A stretch of 63,767 nucleotides of DNA, filler included, from Folioceros fuciformis (lineage: Eukaryota), in the NCBI GenBank assembly GCA_049999805.1. It is 6 parts of 6 records of this genome, joined end to end, with 100 filler letters (N's around TTAATTAATTAA, not from the genome) between each part and the next. Parts side by side here need not be neighbours in the genome. Positions count along the whole stretch, not along the records: positions 45,089 to 47,649 come from JBNGIO010001632.1; positions 47,750 to 53,192 come from JBNGIO010001633.1; positions 53,293 to 61,100 come from JBNGIO010001634.1; 3 more parts are not named here. One strand, given 5' to 3'. Of this stretch, positions 45,089 through 56,536 are shown in pieces. Made by a program: the position numbers and the translations under genes. Under the pieces are notes generated by a model. The model had not been told where the DNA came from. It saw only the letters and a program-made list of their open reading frames with translations, and did no database searches. Numbering within the stretch: position 1 is the first letter of the stretch; every line of letters starts with the position of its first letter.

Positions 45089-47557
45089 GAATGGAGGACA
45101 CACGAAAAGGTGAGAGGTCCGTGCAGTGACAAGCCACATGGAGTAGCAACTCCCGTCTGAACTGCCAAAATCCGAAAGGCTATTAAACATCGGGGAAGGA
45201 GCCGTTCGCACATGGACACCCAGTCGCCAATCCCGGGTCTCCGAGTCTGGATCCCCTTGCCCTCCTCCCTTGCCTTACTTACCTCCCCCGTTTGTCCAGT
45301 ACTGCTCCAGGGCGTCAAATTCCGGAAAAGACACAAAACAGCAGCAGACACGCTTCCTCTCCCTTCCCCATGTTTGCCAAAGCCAGTGCGCAGGCTCCAC
45401 GTCCCGAGCACAGCCTGAGAATAGGCCCACAGCCAACGCCACCTACCTGTCTAGTGTTCACCATTTGGCTGGCCCTCGTCCCCATCCCTCTGGCCCCATC
45501 CCCCCGGCCCCCCGGGCCACCAACACCCATGAACCAAACGCGGCCATGAGCATACGCTGTCCATCCCGGAGTCAAGTGACTACGGTTCCCGCTCCCGCAA
45601 TCAGACTCCGTCATTCCAGCAACGACAGGCATGCAATTTCGCGAATTTCGCAGGTAGGTTTGTGCCTTTCCACTGTAGGTCTGCAGATGAAGGACACGCC
45701 TTACCAACATCAATGTTAGGATCGTCGGACGGCCAGTTACAGTACACGGAGCGCCGGCTGCTTGAGAGCAAGGGATCCTCAGCCGGTGAAACACACTTCA
45801 CATCCCATGACCCAAGATGTAGAGATGTGTCTGGTTAGGTGTGACGGTAGAGGACGGCACGTCACGGCCCGTGTCTTGCGAGGCTGGGACTCCTCCACCT
45901 CCCTCGCCCGGCTCTGTGTGTATGCGTCGAGTGCTACCTGGAGACCGATGGGAGCCGGTCGCCATAAAGCGACGGAGTGGGTAGCCGCGTTCACACAGTC
46001 GCCAGCCCTAGCCATGCCTTTCCTTGCTCGTGGACTGGAGGAGATGGCGGCCGCGAAAGGTGGCGTGACATGCTCTGACTCGACAAAGCCTGCCTGGCGG
46101 GAGTGGGAGCTGGAGGCGGGGCCTAGACGCGTCTCCTCCTTGTGTCTCCTGGTTGGAAGCAGCGGCTGCCTGTTTTTACTCATCGTAAACGTATCATGAA
46201 AAGTTAACATCCTTTGTTAGAGCTAGTAAAAGATGGGGCGTCGTCAGCAGGCGTCAGCAGTAGCCAACAGCCCGATTCGCCCAAACCCCTTGACATACAT
46301 GGCCTTCACACCACTGGCACGTGACTACCAGCTGCTGCCACTTACGTGCAAAGCCCCCTCATCATCTCTCAGCTCAGGCGCGGCTGGGAGCTGGATATGC
46401 CTTATTTTACACTATCCCAGGCTGGGGTTCCTCACAGCGTCGCGGCTAATGGCCGCAGCTAATGCTAAGGCTAATGCTAATGCGAAACCGAGTGCCAGGT
46501 TGCGCCGCGGCTGCTTTCGCCACCGATCGCTGCTCCCCTCAGCCAGGGAGGCTCCATCTCGACAGAAGAGCTCGCAGCTTTTTCCCATCTCAGCAGCTCC
46601 ACAACCCTGTGCATGGCTTCCGCTATTCTTCGTCTTCCCCTTCCCCGGCTCAGGGAGCTTCTTCTGCCGCTCCGCGCTGCGTAGCCCTCGCGCACTCCGG
46701 CACAGCGTATTCTCTTCTGTGTCGGCTGCCCTGCCTTGTCTGTTGCCCATCGCCGCACCTTGCACAGCGGATTCCCTTCTGTGACAGCGTGCCTCGTCTT
46801 TCTCCCATCTTCCCGTCTTCTGCCAGCTGCGGGGCTCGCTTGCTGCAGCCGCCTCGCTCGCCCATGTTTTGGTCCGGCTTCCTCTTCCTCTTGGCCCTGT
46901 TTCTGCTCCTCTTCTCTGTCGCTGTCGAGTCGTGCCGTGTAGCGGCTTGCGGCCCCGCGGTGTGCTCTGTTTCCGGGTCCCGGATCCTTGGCATTCGGAG
47001 GAGGGTGGTCGTGCTGGGAGGGAGGAACCTGCGGACCAGACTGAGACTGCGTGGCGGGAGGAGGAAGGCTTGGGGGGCTAGCTCTGCGGTCTGGGATTGG
47101 CACGGCCTTGGGCTGTGGGGTGTAGTTGGTTCCTCCCTCTGCCCTTCTTCGCTGTTCTTGTGCTGCTACGTGTAGCGGGCGATTGCATCTGCGGAGGTAG
47201 CGGGCACCGGGTGGTGAGGATGGTCGGCTGCTGCTGACGAGCTTCTGGGCTGGCCAATCTGTTTCTTGCCGTCCATCAGGTGAGGGGGTGATGAAAAGAG
47301 AAGCACGCTTCTTTTTTCCTTAGCTACGGCTGGAGCTAACTTGTGGGCTTCCGCTTTCGCGCAGCCTGCATTGCGCGCCGTCGTCGAAGAATGGAAGTGG
47401 CTCCCTCTTCCAATGCAGCGATGCAATGGCTCTCAGAACTTGTGGGTGTTGATCTGGGAGAGTGATGGCGCCGTGGGATGAACGCACTCTTGTCTTGTCG
47501 TGTCTTGTCCTGCTCTGTCCTGTCTTATGTTGACCACTCGGTGTTTGCTGGCAGGGT

Positions 47558-47649
47558 ATGGACGACCCGGCACTCGTCCGCCATTTGGACAGCCTCTACA
47601 AGCCGGTGGACCAGGTTGCGCCCATGGCCAGCGCCTGCAACAGCTTCGA
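47558..47649 (+). CDS. Possible first coding exon of an unknown gene truncated by the contig end
   Basis: Pyrimidine-rich acceptor (..gctggcag|ggt) then ATG GAC GAC CCG.. MDDPALVRHLDSLYKPVDQVAPMASACNSF, open to the contig edge. Upstream sequence resembles a 5'UTR/intron. Confidence 0.3.
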
Positions 47650-47749
47650 NNNNNNNNNNNNNNNNNNNNNNNNNNNNNNNNNNNNNNNNNNNNTTAATTA
47701 ATTAANNNNNNNNNNNNNNNNNNNNNNNNNNNNNNNNNNNNNNNNNNNN
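47650..47749. other. Artificial contig spacer
   Basis: N/TTAATTAATTAA/N linker. Confidence 0.98.
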
Positions 47750-48028
47750 TGAGTCGTGTGAGAGTACTTGGAGCCTAGTGTTGAGTCGTGTGAGAGCGAG
47801 TGGTTTGTAAGTGGTGCGCTGCGGAGAGAACAGACGAGATTCGAAGCCATTGCTTCCTTTTACCCTGCGTAAGGAAGGGGGCGTTACTTCTAATATGGTA
47901 CTCTAAGTGTTGAATATCTTAATTTACAATAGATTTGTAGAAAGAAAGAGGAAAATCCATCTACCCCAAACGGAAAGTGAACAATAGGACCATGAACTAA
48001 GGCAGCTAGCTAGTCCATGAGCCGACTT

Positions 48029-51013
48029 TCAAACTTGTACACATTCCTCCACCATCTCGAAACGGTTATTATCGCCGACCACAAAACTTATGACCCGTCC
48101 TTCCATGTCTGTCCACCAACTCTGGCCTGGTTGCTTCCGTGCCCGAACTCTTGCTCTCCGCGCCTGCATCCCCTGCGCCTGCTCCCACATTTTCGCACCA
48201 GTGTATATGTTCGACATCAACACATAGGCGGCCGCATCGTTCTCGTTCAGTTGTACTGCTTTGTCGAAAGCATGCCGTCCCACAGCCACATTGCTCCACT
48301 TTTGACACGCACATAAGAGAGTGTGCCAGACTGAAGCACTAGGCAGTATTGGCATTGTTGCTATCAGAGCGAGAGCCTCGTCCAGATGATTTGCACGAGC
48401 CAGGAGATCCACCATGCATGTGTAGTGCTCCACCGCGGGAGTGAGGCAATAATGTTTGATCATACTCTCAAAGTACTCTCGACCCTTTTGCACTATACCA
48501 CAGTGACTGCATACCTGGAGTACACTAAGGAATGTGATGCCATCTGGTTGTATGCCATCCTCTTGCATTCTCTGAACCAATTCAAAGACCTCCTGGCTGT
48601 CCCCTTGACTGGTGTAGCCTGCGATCAGTGCATTCCAGGTGACAGCATTTCTTGTCGGTAGTGCATCAAACAGCTGCTGGGCATCCACCATGCTGCCTGA
48701 CTTTGCATACATGATGATCAAACTGTTGGCTAAGGTCAAGTCTGCTTGTCGCCCTTCTTGTTCAACATCTGCATGCAGTTTCCTTCCAACATGTACAGCT
48801 GCAACACTTGCACATGCCTGGAGGAGGCAAACGTATGTCACGGAGTCGGGTGCAGCCATGCCTTCTTCTTGCATAGCCTTATAGACACAAAGGGCTTCTT
48901 GACCCATGTCCTCCTGCACATATCCTGCTATTAGAGCAGTCCATGTTACCACATCCTTCCAGGGAAGCCTATCAAACACTCGTTGGGCATCTTCCAAGCT
49001 GCCACACTTTGCATACATGTTCACCAAGCTATTGGCTACAACCACGTCGGCTTGCAGCCCTGCATCTTCTATCTCTGCATGAAGCTCCTTCCCCATCTCC
49101 AAAGCTAGGGTGCCTACATTTGCACATGCCTGCAGGAGGGACACAAATGTAACAGAACCTGGTGCCACAATGCCCTCATTTCGCATGGTGCTGTAAAGCT
49201 GAATAGCTTCTTGGCCCATGCCCATCTGGGAATATCCTGCAATCATGGAATTCCACATCACCAAATCTTTCTGAGGAAGCCCGTTGAACACACTCTGAGC
49301 AACTTCCAGGCTACCACACTTTGCGTACATGTTTACCAGGCTGCAGCCTAAAACACTATCAATCGTAAGGTTTTGCTGCTGTATCTGTGCATGAATCTCT
49401 CTTCCCTTCTTCAAAGCCGAGGAGCCCACACTGGCACATGCCTGGAGGAGAGACACAAATGTCACAGAATCAGGTGCAGCAGTGCAGCCTTCTTGCAGGG
49501 CACTGTAGAGATGAAGAGCTCGCTCACCCATGCCATGCTGAGAATATCCACATATCATAGCATTCCATGTCACCAAAGTTTTCTGGACAAGTGCGTTGAA
49601 GACGTCCTCAGCATCGTCTAGCCTACCACACTTGGCATACATGTTAACCAGGCTGCTGGCTACAAACTCGTCATCTTGAAGCCGTCGTTCTCTGATTTGT
49701 GCATGAAGCTGCTTTCCCCTCTCTAAAGCGGGGGCGCCAACACCTGCACATGCCTGCAAGACACACACAAATGTTACAGAATCGGGTGCCACGATGCCTT
49801 CTTCTTGCATGGCCCAGTACAGACCAAAGGCGTTCTCAACCATCCCCTTCTGGGAATATCCTGCAATCAAGGCATTCCATGTCACCAGATCTTTGTGACG
49901 AATTCTGTCAAACAATCCGTGCGCGTCTTCCAAGCTGCCACACTTTGCGTACATGCTTACCAAACTGTTGGCTACGGGCAAATCAGCTTCAAGCCCTTGT
50001 TCTCTGATTTGTGCATGAAGATGCTTGCCCTGCTCCAAACTCGTAGTGCCCACATTTGCACATGCCTGTAGGAGGCATACAAATGTCACAGAAGTAGGTC
50101 TAGCAATGCCTTCTCCTTGCATAGCACTGTAAAGACGAAGCGCTTCGTGCCGCATGCCCTGCTGGGCATAGCCCGCTATCATGGCGTTCCACAACACCGC
50201 ATCTTTCTCCCCAAGCCCATCAAACACTCTCTGAGCATCTTCCAAGTTGCTGCATTTTGCGTACATGTCCACCAAACAACTAAAAACAAACAAATCAGGC
50301 TCAACCCCACTGGCCAACAAATCAGCATGCACCTGCTGTCCATTTTTTAAGTCCGCTCCCCTCGCACACGCCTGCAGTGCTGCTACAAACACATGGCCAT
50401 CCGGCTTCACATTTGACCTGCACATCTGATGGTAAAGTTGTATAGCCTCCTTATCTAGCCCGTGCTTAACATGTGCAGAGATGATGGAAGACCAGATGAA
50501 GGCATCTGGCATGGCAACATGTGTAAACACATCTATGGCTTCTTGCAACCTGGCATGAGAAACGTACATTCGCAGGATGTGGTTACACAAGAACGTGTCC
50601 GAAGCATAACCTCCTTTCACTATGAGAGCATGTACACGACGACCCAGGATGACATTCTTCTGGACCACACATTCTTTTAAGATAGCATAAAGAAGAGACT
50701 GAGAAAGACGACGGTTCGCCTGCACCAGAGCCCCAAGAGTCTCGACAGCCTCAGTGAGCAGTCCTCGATCACATAGCTGGCTCACATTTTCAGTGGTCAA
50801 CCACCTTCCGTATCCCGCAGACCTGTGAAGGCCACTATCAGCTGGTGCACGACCCACGTGCAAATTGAGAGCAGCCAAATGCCCATCCGCGGAAGCTGGC
50901 TTGTGGACGTTATCTGGCCAGACGAGCTCCTGGCGCCCACCTTTCCCAGCCAGACCCTCCCTTGAACGGGCTGAGTCGATTGCCACGCTGCTACCTCTTG
51001 ACGCTTCCAGCAT
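48029..51013 (-). CDS. PLS-class PPR protein, E+ type with WW-type PG box and truncated DYW (no deaminase motif)
   Basis: 994-aa ORF with ~23 L/S/P repeats and E1/E2, then KQPGQSWWTDMEGRVISFVVGD and a stop ~12 aa later; no HxE/CxxC. Confidence 0.92.
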   Translation of the reverse strand: MLEASRGSSVAIDSARSREGLAGKGGRQELVWPDNVHKPASADGHLAALNLHVGRAPADSGLHRSAGYGRWLTTENVSQLCDRGLLTEAVETLGALVQANRRLSQSLLYAILKECVVQKNVILGRRVHALIVKGGYASDTFLCNHILRMYVSHARLQEAIDVFTHVAMPDAFIWSSIISAHVKHGLDKEAIQLYHQMCRSNVKPDGHVFVAALQACARGADLKNGQQVHADLLASGVEPDLFVFSCLVDMYAKCSNLEDAQRVFDGLGEKDAVLWNAMIAGYAQQGMRHEALRLYSAMQGEGIARPTSVTFVCLLQACANVGTTSLEQGKHLHAQIREQGLEADLPVANSLVSMYAKCGSLEDAHGLFDRIRHKDLVTWNALIAGYSQKGMVENAFGLYWAMQEEGIVAPDSVTFVCVLQACAGVGAPALERGKQLHAQIRERRLQDDEFVASSLVNMYAKCGRLDDAEDVFNALVQKTLVTWNAMICGYSQHGMGERALHLYSALQEGCTAAPDSVTFVSLLQACASVGSSALKKGREIHAQIQQQNLTIDSVLGCSLVNMYAKCGSLEVAQSVFNGLPQKDLVMWNSMIAGYSQMGMGQEAIQLYSTMRNEGIVAPGSVTFVSLLQACANVGTLALEMGKELHAEIEDAGLQADVVVANSLVNMYAKCGSLEDAQRVFDRLPWKDVVTWTALIAGYVQEDMGQEALCVYKAMQEEGMAAPDSVTYVCLLQACASVAAVHVGRKLHADVEQEGRQADLTLANSLIIMYAKSGSMVDAQQLFDALPTRNAVTWNALIAGYTSQGDSQEVFELVQRMQEDGIQPDGITFLSVLQVCSHCGIVQKGREYFESMIKHYCLTPAVEHYTCMVDLLARANHLDEALALIATMPILPSASVWHTLLCACQKWSNVAVGRHAFDKAVQLNENDAAAYVLMSNIYTGAKMWEQAQGMQARRARVRARKQPGQSWWTDMEGRVISFVVGDNNRFEMVEECVQV

Positions 51014-51906
51014 CTCACACCTTCAGGTCAGACCAGTGGAGTTCTTTCAAAAGCCCTGTTTGTCCCAAGACCTTTCCCCTGTCGGGCCCTGAAAGCTTGT
51101 TGCATTGGGAAAGTGTCACCCTGTGTGATTGAAGGAAAAAGGGCCACGCAAACCATTACCTGCTGAATCGAAGGACTCACGGCTTGATCCCCAAACCTGG
51201 CTCCAGTGGGCCAGGTGGAAGATGGCAGCCTCCGTATCCATTGGATGTAGCAAGGCCAGCTGCTTCCGCAATCTCAGCACCAAGGCAGACAAAGCTCCTC
51301 CTGCACGGCTGAGTGGTTGAACTGTTCACTGCTACTGGAGCGATTGTACACACTGTTGGAAACATGGTGAGTAATGAGTGTCACAAGGTGACCACTTGAT
51401 AATATGGCATCCCTGACCAGTGGCAGGATGCTTCATTTTCCAATACAAAGCACATGGACATGTAGAAACTTGCTCACATGTAGGAGCCGGGTCGCCACAT
51501 CCCTGGCTGTGGATGGACGACTTCGGTCAGATTGGTTATCAGTCGTTGCTTTTGAGAGCCAAGTAACAAACCTGCAAGCAAGCAAGCAAGGGCGTTGGTT
51601 GCATTACACTCCCAAGGGAAGATGCCGTCGGGTTCCACATCACAAGAGAGGAGCTCATTACCCAAACGACGAAGCACAGGATGACAGTTGCTATGCAGTA
51701 CTGCTGCAGTTTGCACCAGTCCCACTGCCGCTTCCGGCTCCGTCCTGAATTCAGGCAACTGCAATCAGTGGGAGTGCAACCATGCCGTCCCCCGAGGCCG
51801 CCTCCTTCTGTCTCCTCGTCAAGGACCATCCTGTCCAAGGTCCCTCAAATGTGAGAGGTTTCTGATATCAATAAAGACACTTATGCGGGGCAGCTCTCAG
51901 ACTGTC

Positions 51907-52834
51907 ATGGCGACTGTGGGAGCCGTCACCCTTCCCGGTTCTGGAGCAAGCTGTCTGGGGAGAAGAGCTGCAGTCCACAATGTGCGAGCTGAACGTGCCT
52001 ACTCGGCCTCTCGCAGTGGTCATGGCTGCGTCCAGAGCGGGTCTGTTCAGGCCAGCCTTGGTGAAGGGAGCAATTCAACCAGGAAAGGTGGAATATATTG
52101 TGAGTATGGCGAGCAGCGTTGCTCTACACGCACTTCAGCCTCGTCGAGTATGCAAGTTCTGCTGGCCATTGGAGCTTCAGCCTTCGTCTCTGCTGCCAGT
52201 CTGAGTGGTGGGTTCATGCTGGCCTCCCATCACGTCCTCCTCGGTGTGCTTGCTGACTTCACATCTTTTCTCTTCAACAGGAGTGGAAGCGGCTCTTGCT
52301 CAGGAAGGAGGGGCTCTGTTCAACAGAAGCTGTGCTGGCTGTCATTCCGGAGGTGGAAATGTCATCCAACCTGTAAGTCATCCGTGACAGTGCTGTTGCC
52401 ACTGACTGCTTTGTAGCTTGCAACCATCTCATGGTCGACATTTTCCTATTCAGGGAGCAACCTTGCTGGCTAAAGATCTACAAAGGTCAGTGGATCAATC
52501 CGGAATGTGACATCCCCGATTTTTCTGACAGATGGTTCTAAATACGTGGCGTCTGTGGATTACAGGAATGGAATAGAAACTGTAGAGGATATCTACAGCA
52601 TCACTTACTCTGGGAAAGGAAGAATGCCGGTAAGATGGCTCTGAAGAATCCTTGCTGTTACGGTACGTTGGGTATTTACTTCCAGTCGATCGTATTGGCT
52701 CATTCCAGGGCTTTGGCGAACTGTGCACACCACGGGGCCAATGCACTTTCGGACCACGGTTGAGCGAAGTTGATATAAGAACAATCGCAGAATACGTGAA
52801 GTCGCAGGCTGAACAAGGATGGTCTCGAAGGTGA
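51907..52834 (+). CDS. petJ: Chloroplast cytochrome c6A, 5 exons
   Basis: Transit/lumen-type N-terminus, heme motif CAGCH, GKGRMP axial Met, and the c6A-specific loop insertion with two Cys (CTPRGQC); ends EQGWSRR*. Confidence 0.93.
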
Positions 52835-53192
52835 ATGAAAGAAGCGAACCTGAAAATTAAAATTATCACTGTTCTCAACTCTTCCACCATGGTACAAAGG
52901 CCGCAATGGCAAATATCAAACTCCTGCCAGATAAAGGGGTTCGATCCCCTTTGAGGTTGCGCACGACTACACAAACAGCTCTCATCATGTGCAGATTCTT
53001 TAGGAAAACACCATCTGTGTTCTATTACTCCTCTTGCCTGCGAGGAGGCCTGTTTCCCCATTGCTTTCCCTTCTCCTTTTCTTCTTCGCTTTCTTCAGCA
53101 GATCTGGAAAAGCATCACCTGCCTGGTTATCCTTAACGACACTTGCCAGCAGATTCGCTGATTCCCTTTTCTTGAGGCCTTTCAGTTTTCTT

Positions 53193-53292
53193 NNNNNNNN
53201 NNNNNNNNNNNNNNNNNNNNNNNNNNNNNNNNNNNNTTAATTAATTAANNNNNNNNNNNNNNNNNNNNNNNNNNNNNNNNNNNNNNNNNNNN
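53193..53292. other. Artificial contig spacer
   Basis: N/TTAATTAATTAA/N linker. Confidence 0.98.
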
Positions 53293-53934
53293 TATGACGA
53301 GCCATCTGTCACACTTTCAACTAAGTGGCCCGACTGTACAAGACGTTCGACAACTGTACACTGCTGAGTGGGTCGGCCTCTCGCCTTTGTACCACCCACA
53401 AATCCCATCTCCTCGATTTCAATCCCGATCATCATACACAAACTGCGGCATCTGGTGGAGGAAGTTCGAACTGCAGTGCATGCCCACTTGAACGGCGGTG
53501 CATCATCAGTATCGCTAGATTCAGCACGGGACAAGGGATCTCGGCCAAGCTAAACCACTTTCACTAACATACATCTCATTTTCAATCTACAACTACTATG
53601 GGGGGGTTACCTAGCCAAGACATGACAAGAGTCACAAACATCTCCGCCCTGGGGTACATGAGAATAGCATCAGGGGGCTTACTTTTTGTGAAACACAGTC
53701 CAGTAAACGAAAGAAACGACTACTCCAAAATGTCCCTACCTGGAATCTTCTCCAGCTTTCACAGCAATGCGGAACTCCCATCCCCAATCCTGGTGTCAGC
53801 AGAGCACAAATATGGAGCTTAGTCGACACCAGTTACCATGTTCCAATGGACCCCTTCGGCACAGTGATCACAAGACATCGATGGGAGGAAGTGGCAGGAC
53901 TGACTCGCCATTCCTCCTGTCACCTCTCCTCTCC

Positions 53935-54265
53935 TTTGGTATGTTGTATGTGGACTAAAAGCAGCATATAATCCACACTGGACCTGGACTCTGTCCTCTC
54001 CAAACTTCTCAACAGCAACTTTTTGCGTTCGCTCAATATACAATTGCATGGCTTGTGGGAGCATCCAGCGTTCATAGTCAATGCTGATAGATATCATGTT
54101 TCGGCGTATGTAACAAATGTCGTTGGAATGTTTTGCGAGAAAAGCAGCAGTATCATCTACTCTAGACTCTCTGTCGTCTCCGAAGTTGTCACAGCAACTA
54201 ATCATCTTCCGCTCTCTAAACACCTGCATGGCTTGCAGGAGGATCCAGCCTTCATCTTCAATGAA
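53935..54265. repeat. Diverged 180-bp direct duplication
   Basis: 54001-54083 aligns to 54181-54263 (tgcatggcttg..gga.g.atccagc.ttcat..tcaatg). Confidence 0.75.
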
Positions 54266-54594
54266 TTATGATGTGCAACTGATGTGCCTGCTCTCCCAGC
54301 GCGCACCTGACCACCATGGAGGTTCTTCTCACCTCCCTTCCCTGCACCCTGGGACGCCCTTTCCATCAGCCTGTCTCCCTTCCACAGGCTGTCCCTTGAC
54401 ATGATGTACCACTCGTTCCCAGCCCCATAACAAACCCTGCCCTTGCTACTGACGGCTCGTGATCTCCGAGAGCTCCTCCCTTGACGACTTGCCAAAAAAT
54501 GATTGATCACCAGGAATGGGGAACCAATGCTTCATCACATGACTCACAGGAGTTTCAGAGTGGTTTGAATGCCAGCCCAGTCCCCGTTACCTCC

Positions 54595-56536
54595 TCAGCT
54601 TGTAAAGAGCTCGGGCTTCACAGCCAGGGAGTTGGGTTGAGGAGCACGCCCTACTTTGTTGTTGGCGACATCTGCCATAGCAGCATCCCTCAAGAGAGCG
54701 ATGTCCGAGGCCCCTGACACCATGTGATAGTTTAAGTTCAGCAGAGCGGCGGGTGGCAACTCGGCATTCGCTAACCCTGCCAAATAAACCGGCGTCCTCC
54801 GATGAGCATTGCAGTTGATGACGGCTTCCTCTGCTTTCCTCATGAACTCATGAGGCTGGTTCACGTCTGCCGAAGGAGGCAACCCATGTGAGTAAAGTGC
54901 AAGGTCAGCACGCAGCAACTTAGCAAGCATAGGTGCACCCAAGGATGCAGGTTGTAGAGATTACCATGGAAAATACCCATGCTCGCGCGCAACGCCAAGG
55001 GTACAATTTGGATGCAATCCACGCCTTCGATGGAGGCAATTTCGGCCACATTGCTCAAAGCCGTGACGGAACTGACCTCGCAAATGATAAATAGCTCGTT
55101 GGCGTCCATGCGAGCCGCAGTGCCGTACAAGGAGGACCGCACCAGGGGACGGCCAGCGTTAGTCCTGCACTCCTGCACCAGTTTCCTAGCACCCTCGGCC
55201 GTGTCGATGTCCGCAAACATGATACCAGAAGGCCCCAAGTCCAGCGCCCGGCGAACGACCTGCCCAGAAGGCCTAGCGGGCAGCCTGAGGATGGACGGGC
55301 ACCCTGCCGAGGCCAGCGCGTGGAGGACAGGCAGAGTGTGCGCATGGTCGCAGGGGCCGTATTCCAGATCCACAACCACGAAATCAAACTTGGCCAGCCC
55401 CAAAATCTCAGCAATCATTGGAGAGAAGCTTGCACAATACGCTCCATACACCGGCGCTCTAGATATCCTGCTTCTGATGGACAGACAAGCTTCCCTGAAC
55501 ATCCTGTTGTCAGCCGGGTGAAAGGAGATTCCGCTGGCGCCGAGAGGAGGATGAGAAGCGCCCCTGGAGGAGACCGAGGTGACCGCGGCTTCCGTACCGG
55601 CCCCGCTAGGGGCGCCTTGAGCTGAAGCCGCCACAGTGACGGGAGGTGGAGGGGGACCAGCAACCGGAGGAAGAAGCAGAGCATGCGCAGGAGGAGAAGG
55701 TGGAGAAACAGCAACAGGAGTGAGAGGAGCCGGACGAGGCAGCGGGCTCGGCCTGTCTCCTGGACCGGCGGCACCTGGTTCCAAGCTCAAGAGCATCCGA
55801 GCACCTGCACAAACACAACAGACATGCATTCGGCATGGGAAACTGAATCAAACCTAGCAATCCAAGAGAACCGAAAAGGTTTATAAAAGACACGCTGCCT
55901 TCGACCTTGGACGGGCGAATCCGCGCTCTCCACCACCCGGTCGATTGCGTTTTGCAAACTAAGCATGTCGGCGAAGTAAGGCCATCGGGAGTTGGCCTCC
56001 GTCTTCTCCGACAGAAACCGCTTCCTCAGCTTCTCGAATTTGGAGCGCACATCCCTCCAAGTCTTTGGGGGGCTGCAATCCGGATGCGTAGCGAGCATGA
56101 CAGCCAGCTCCTGCCAGTCCCCCTTGGTGTGGCATTCCGCGCGCCGAGAAACTTGCAGAGATTCATAGCAGTGCAGAAGATGGTGCACCAGGGGCGGAGT
56201 CCACTGGTCCCTGTAACACCCGTCCTTCCGCAAGTCCAGCTCCCCATTAAGAACCTTGGTGAATTCCGGGTCCCGGGCATAAGTCCAGTCGGGGTAGGGG
56301 GACGCCACCTTCGCGTTGTTAGCCAGGGCCAGCACGGCTACCGCTGAGCCGTCGAGCCTGCCCTTCTTCCGGTCCGGCTCCATGCTGATGAAGGCGGGGA
56401 TGGGGTAGGGACAGAAGGGCTCTTGTGGCACTTCTGCCTCGTAGCCGGGCTCCGGCTTCACGTCCGCTGCTCCCGCGTTGCGTCCTACGTCGGAACCCGC
56501 GCCCGGTGCCGCTCCAGGAGCCATGGCCATTTCCAC
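54595..56536 (-). CDS. Trihelix (Myb/SANT-like) DNA-binding domain fused to a degenerate HpcH/HpaI aldolase domain, 3 exons
   Basis: Exon 1 (~56536-55906) has WTPPLVHHLL..WQELA..KTWRDVRSKFEKLRKRFLSEK..WPYFADM. Phase-1 GT-AG introns at 55905-55805 and 54964-54867 join it in frame to a Pro-rich linker and the aldolase fold (AEILGLAKFDFVVVDLEYGP, RALDLGPSGIMF, IASIEGVDCIQ, YHMVSGASD). Exact start codon uncertain. Confidence 0.75.

Noticed and set aside
45089-47500. Long overlapping ORFs (183-237 aa) on contig 3, or a conserved-peptide uORF
   Set aside because: No recognisable domain or known CPuORF motif; reads like promoter, 5'UTR or intron sequence.
47750-47890. Possible LTR end (GGGGGCGTTAC) with a short direct repeat TGAGTCGTGTGAGAG
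   Set aside because: Lacks the terminal CA and a clear PBS; too short at the contig edge to support a call.
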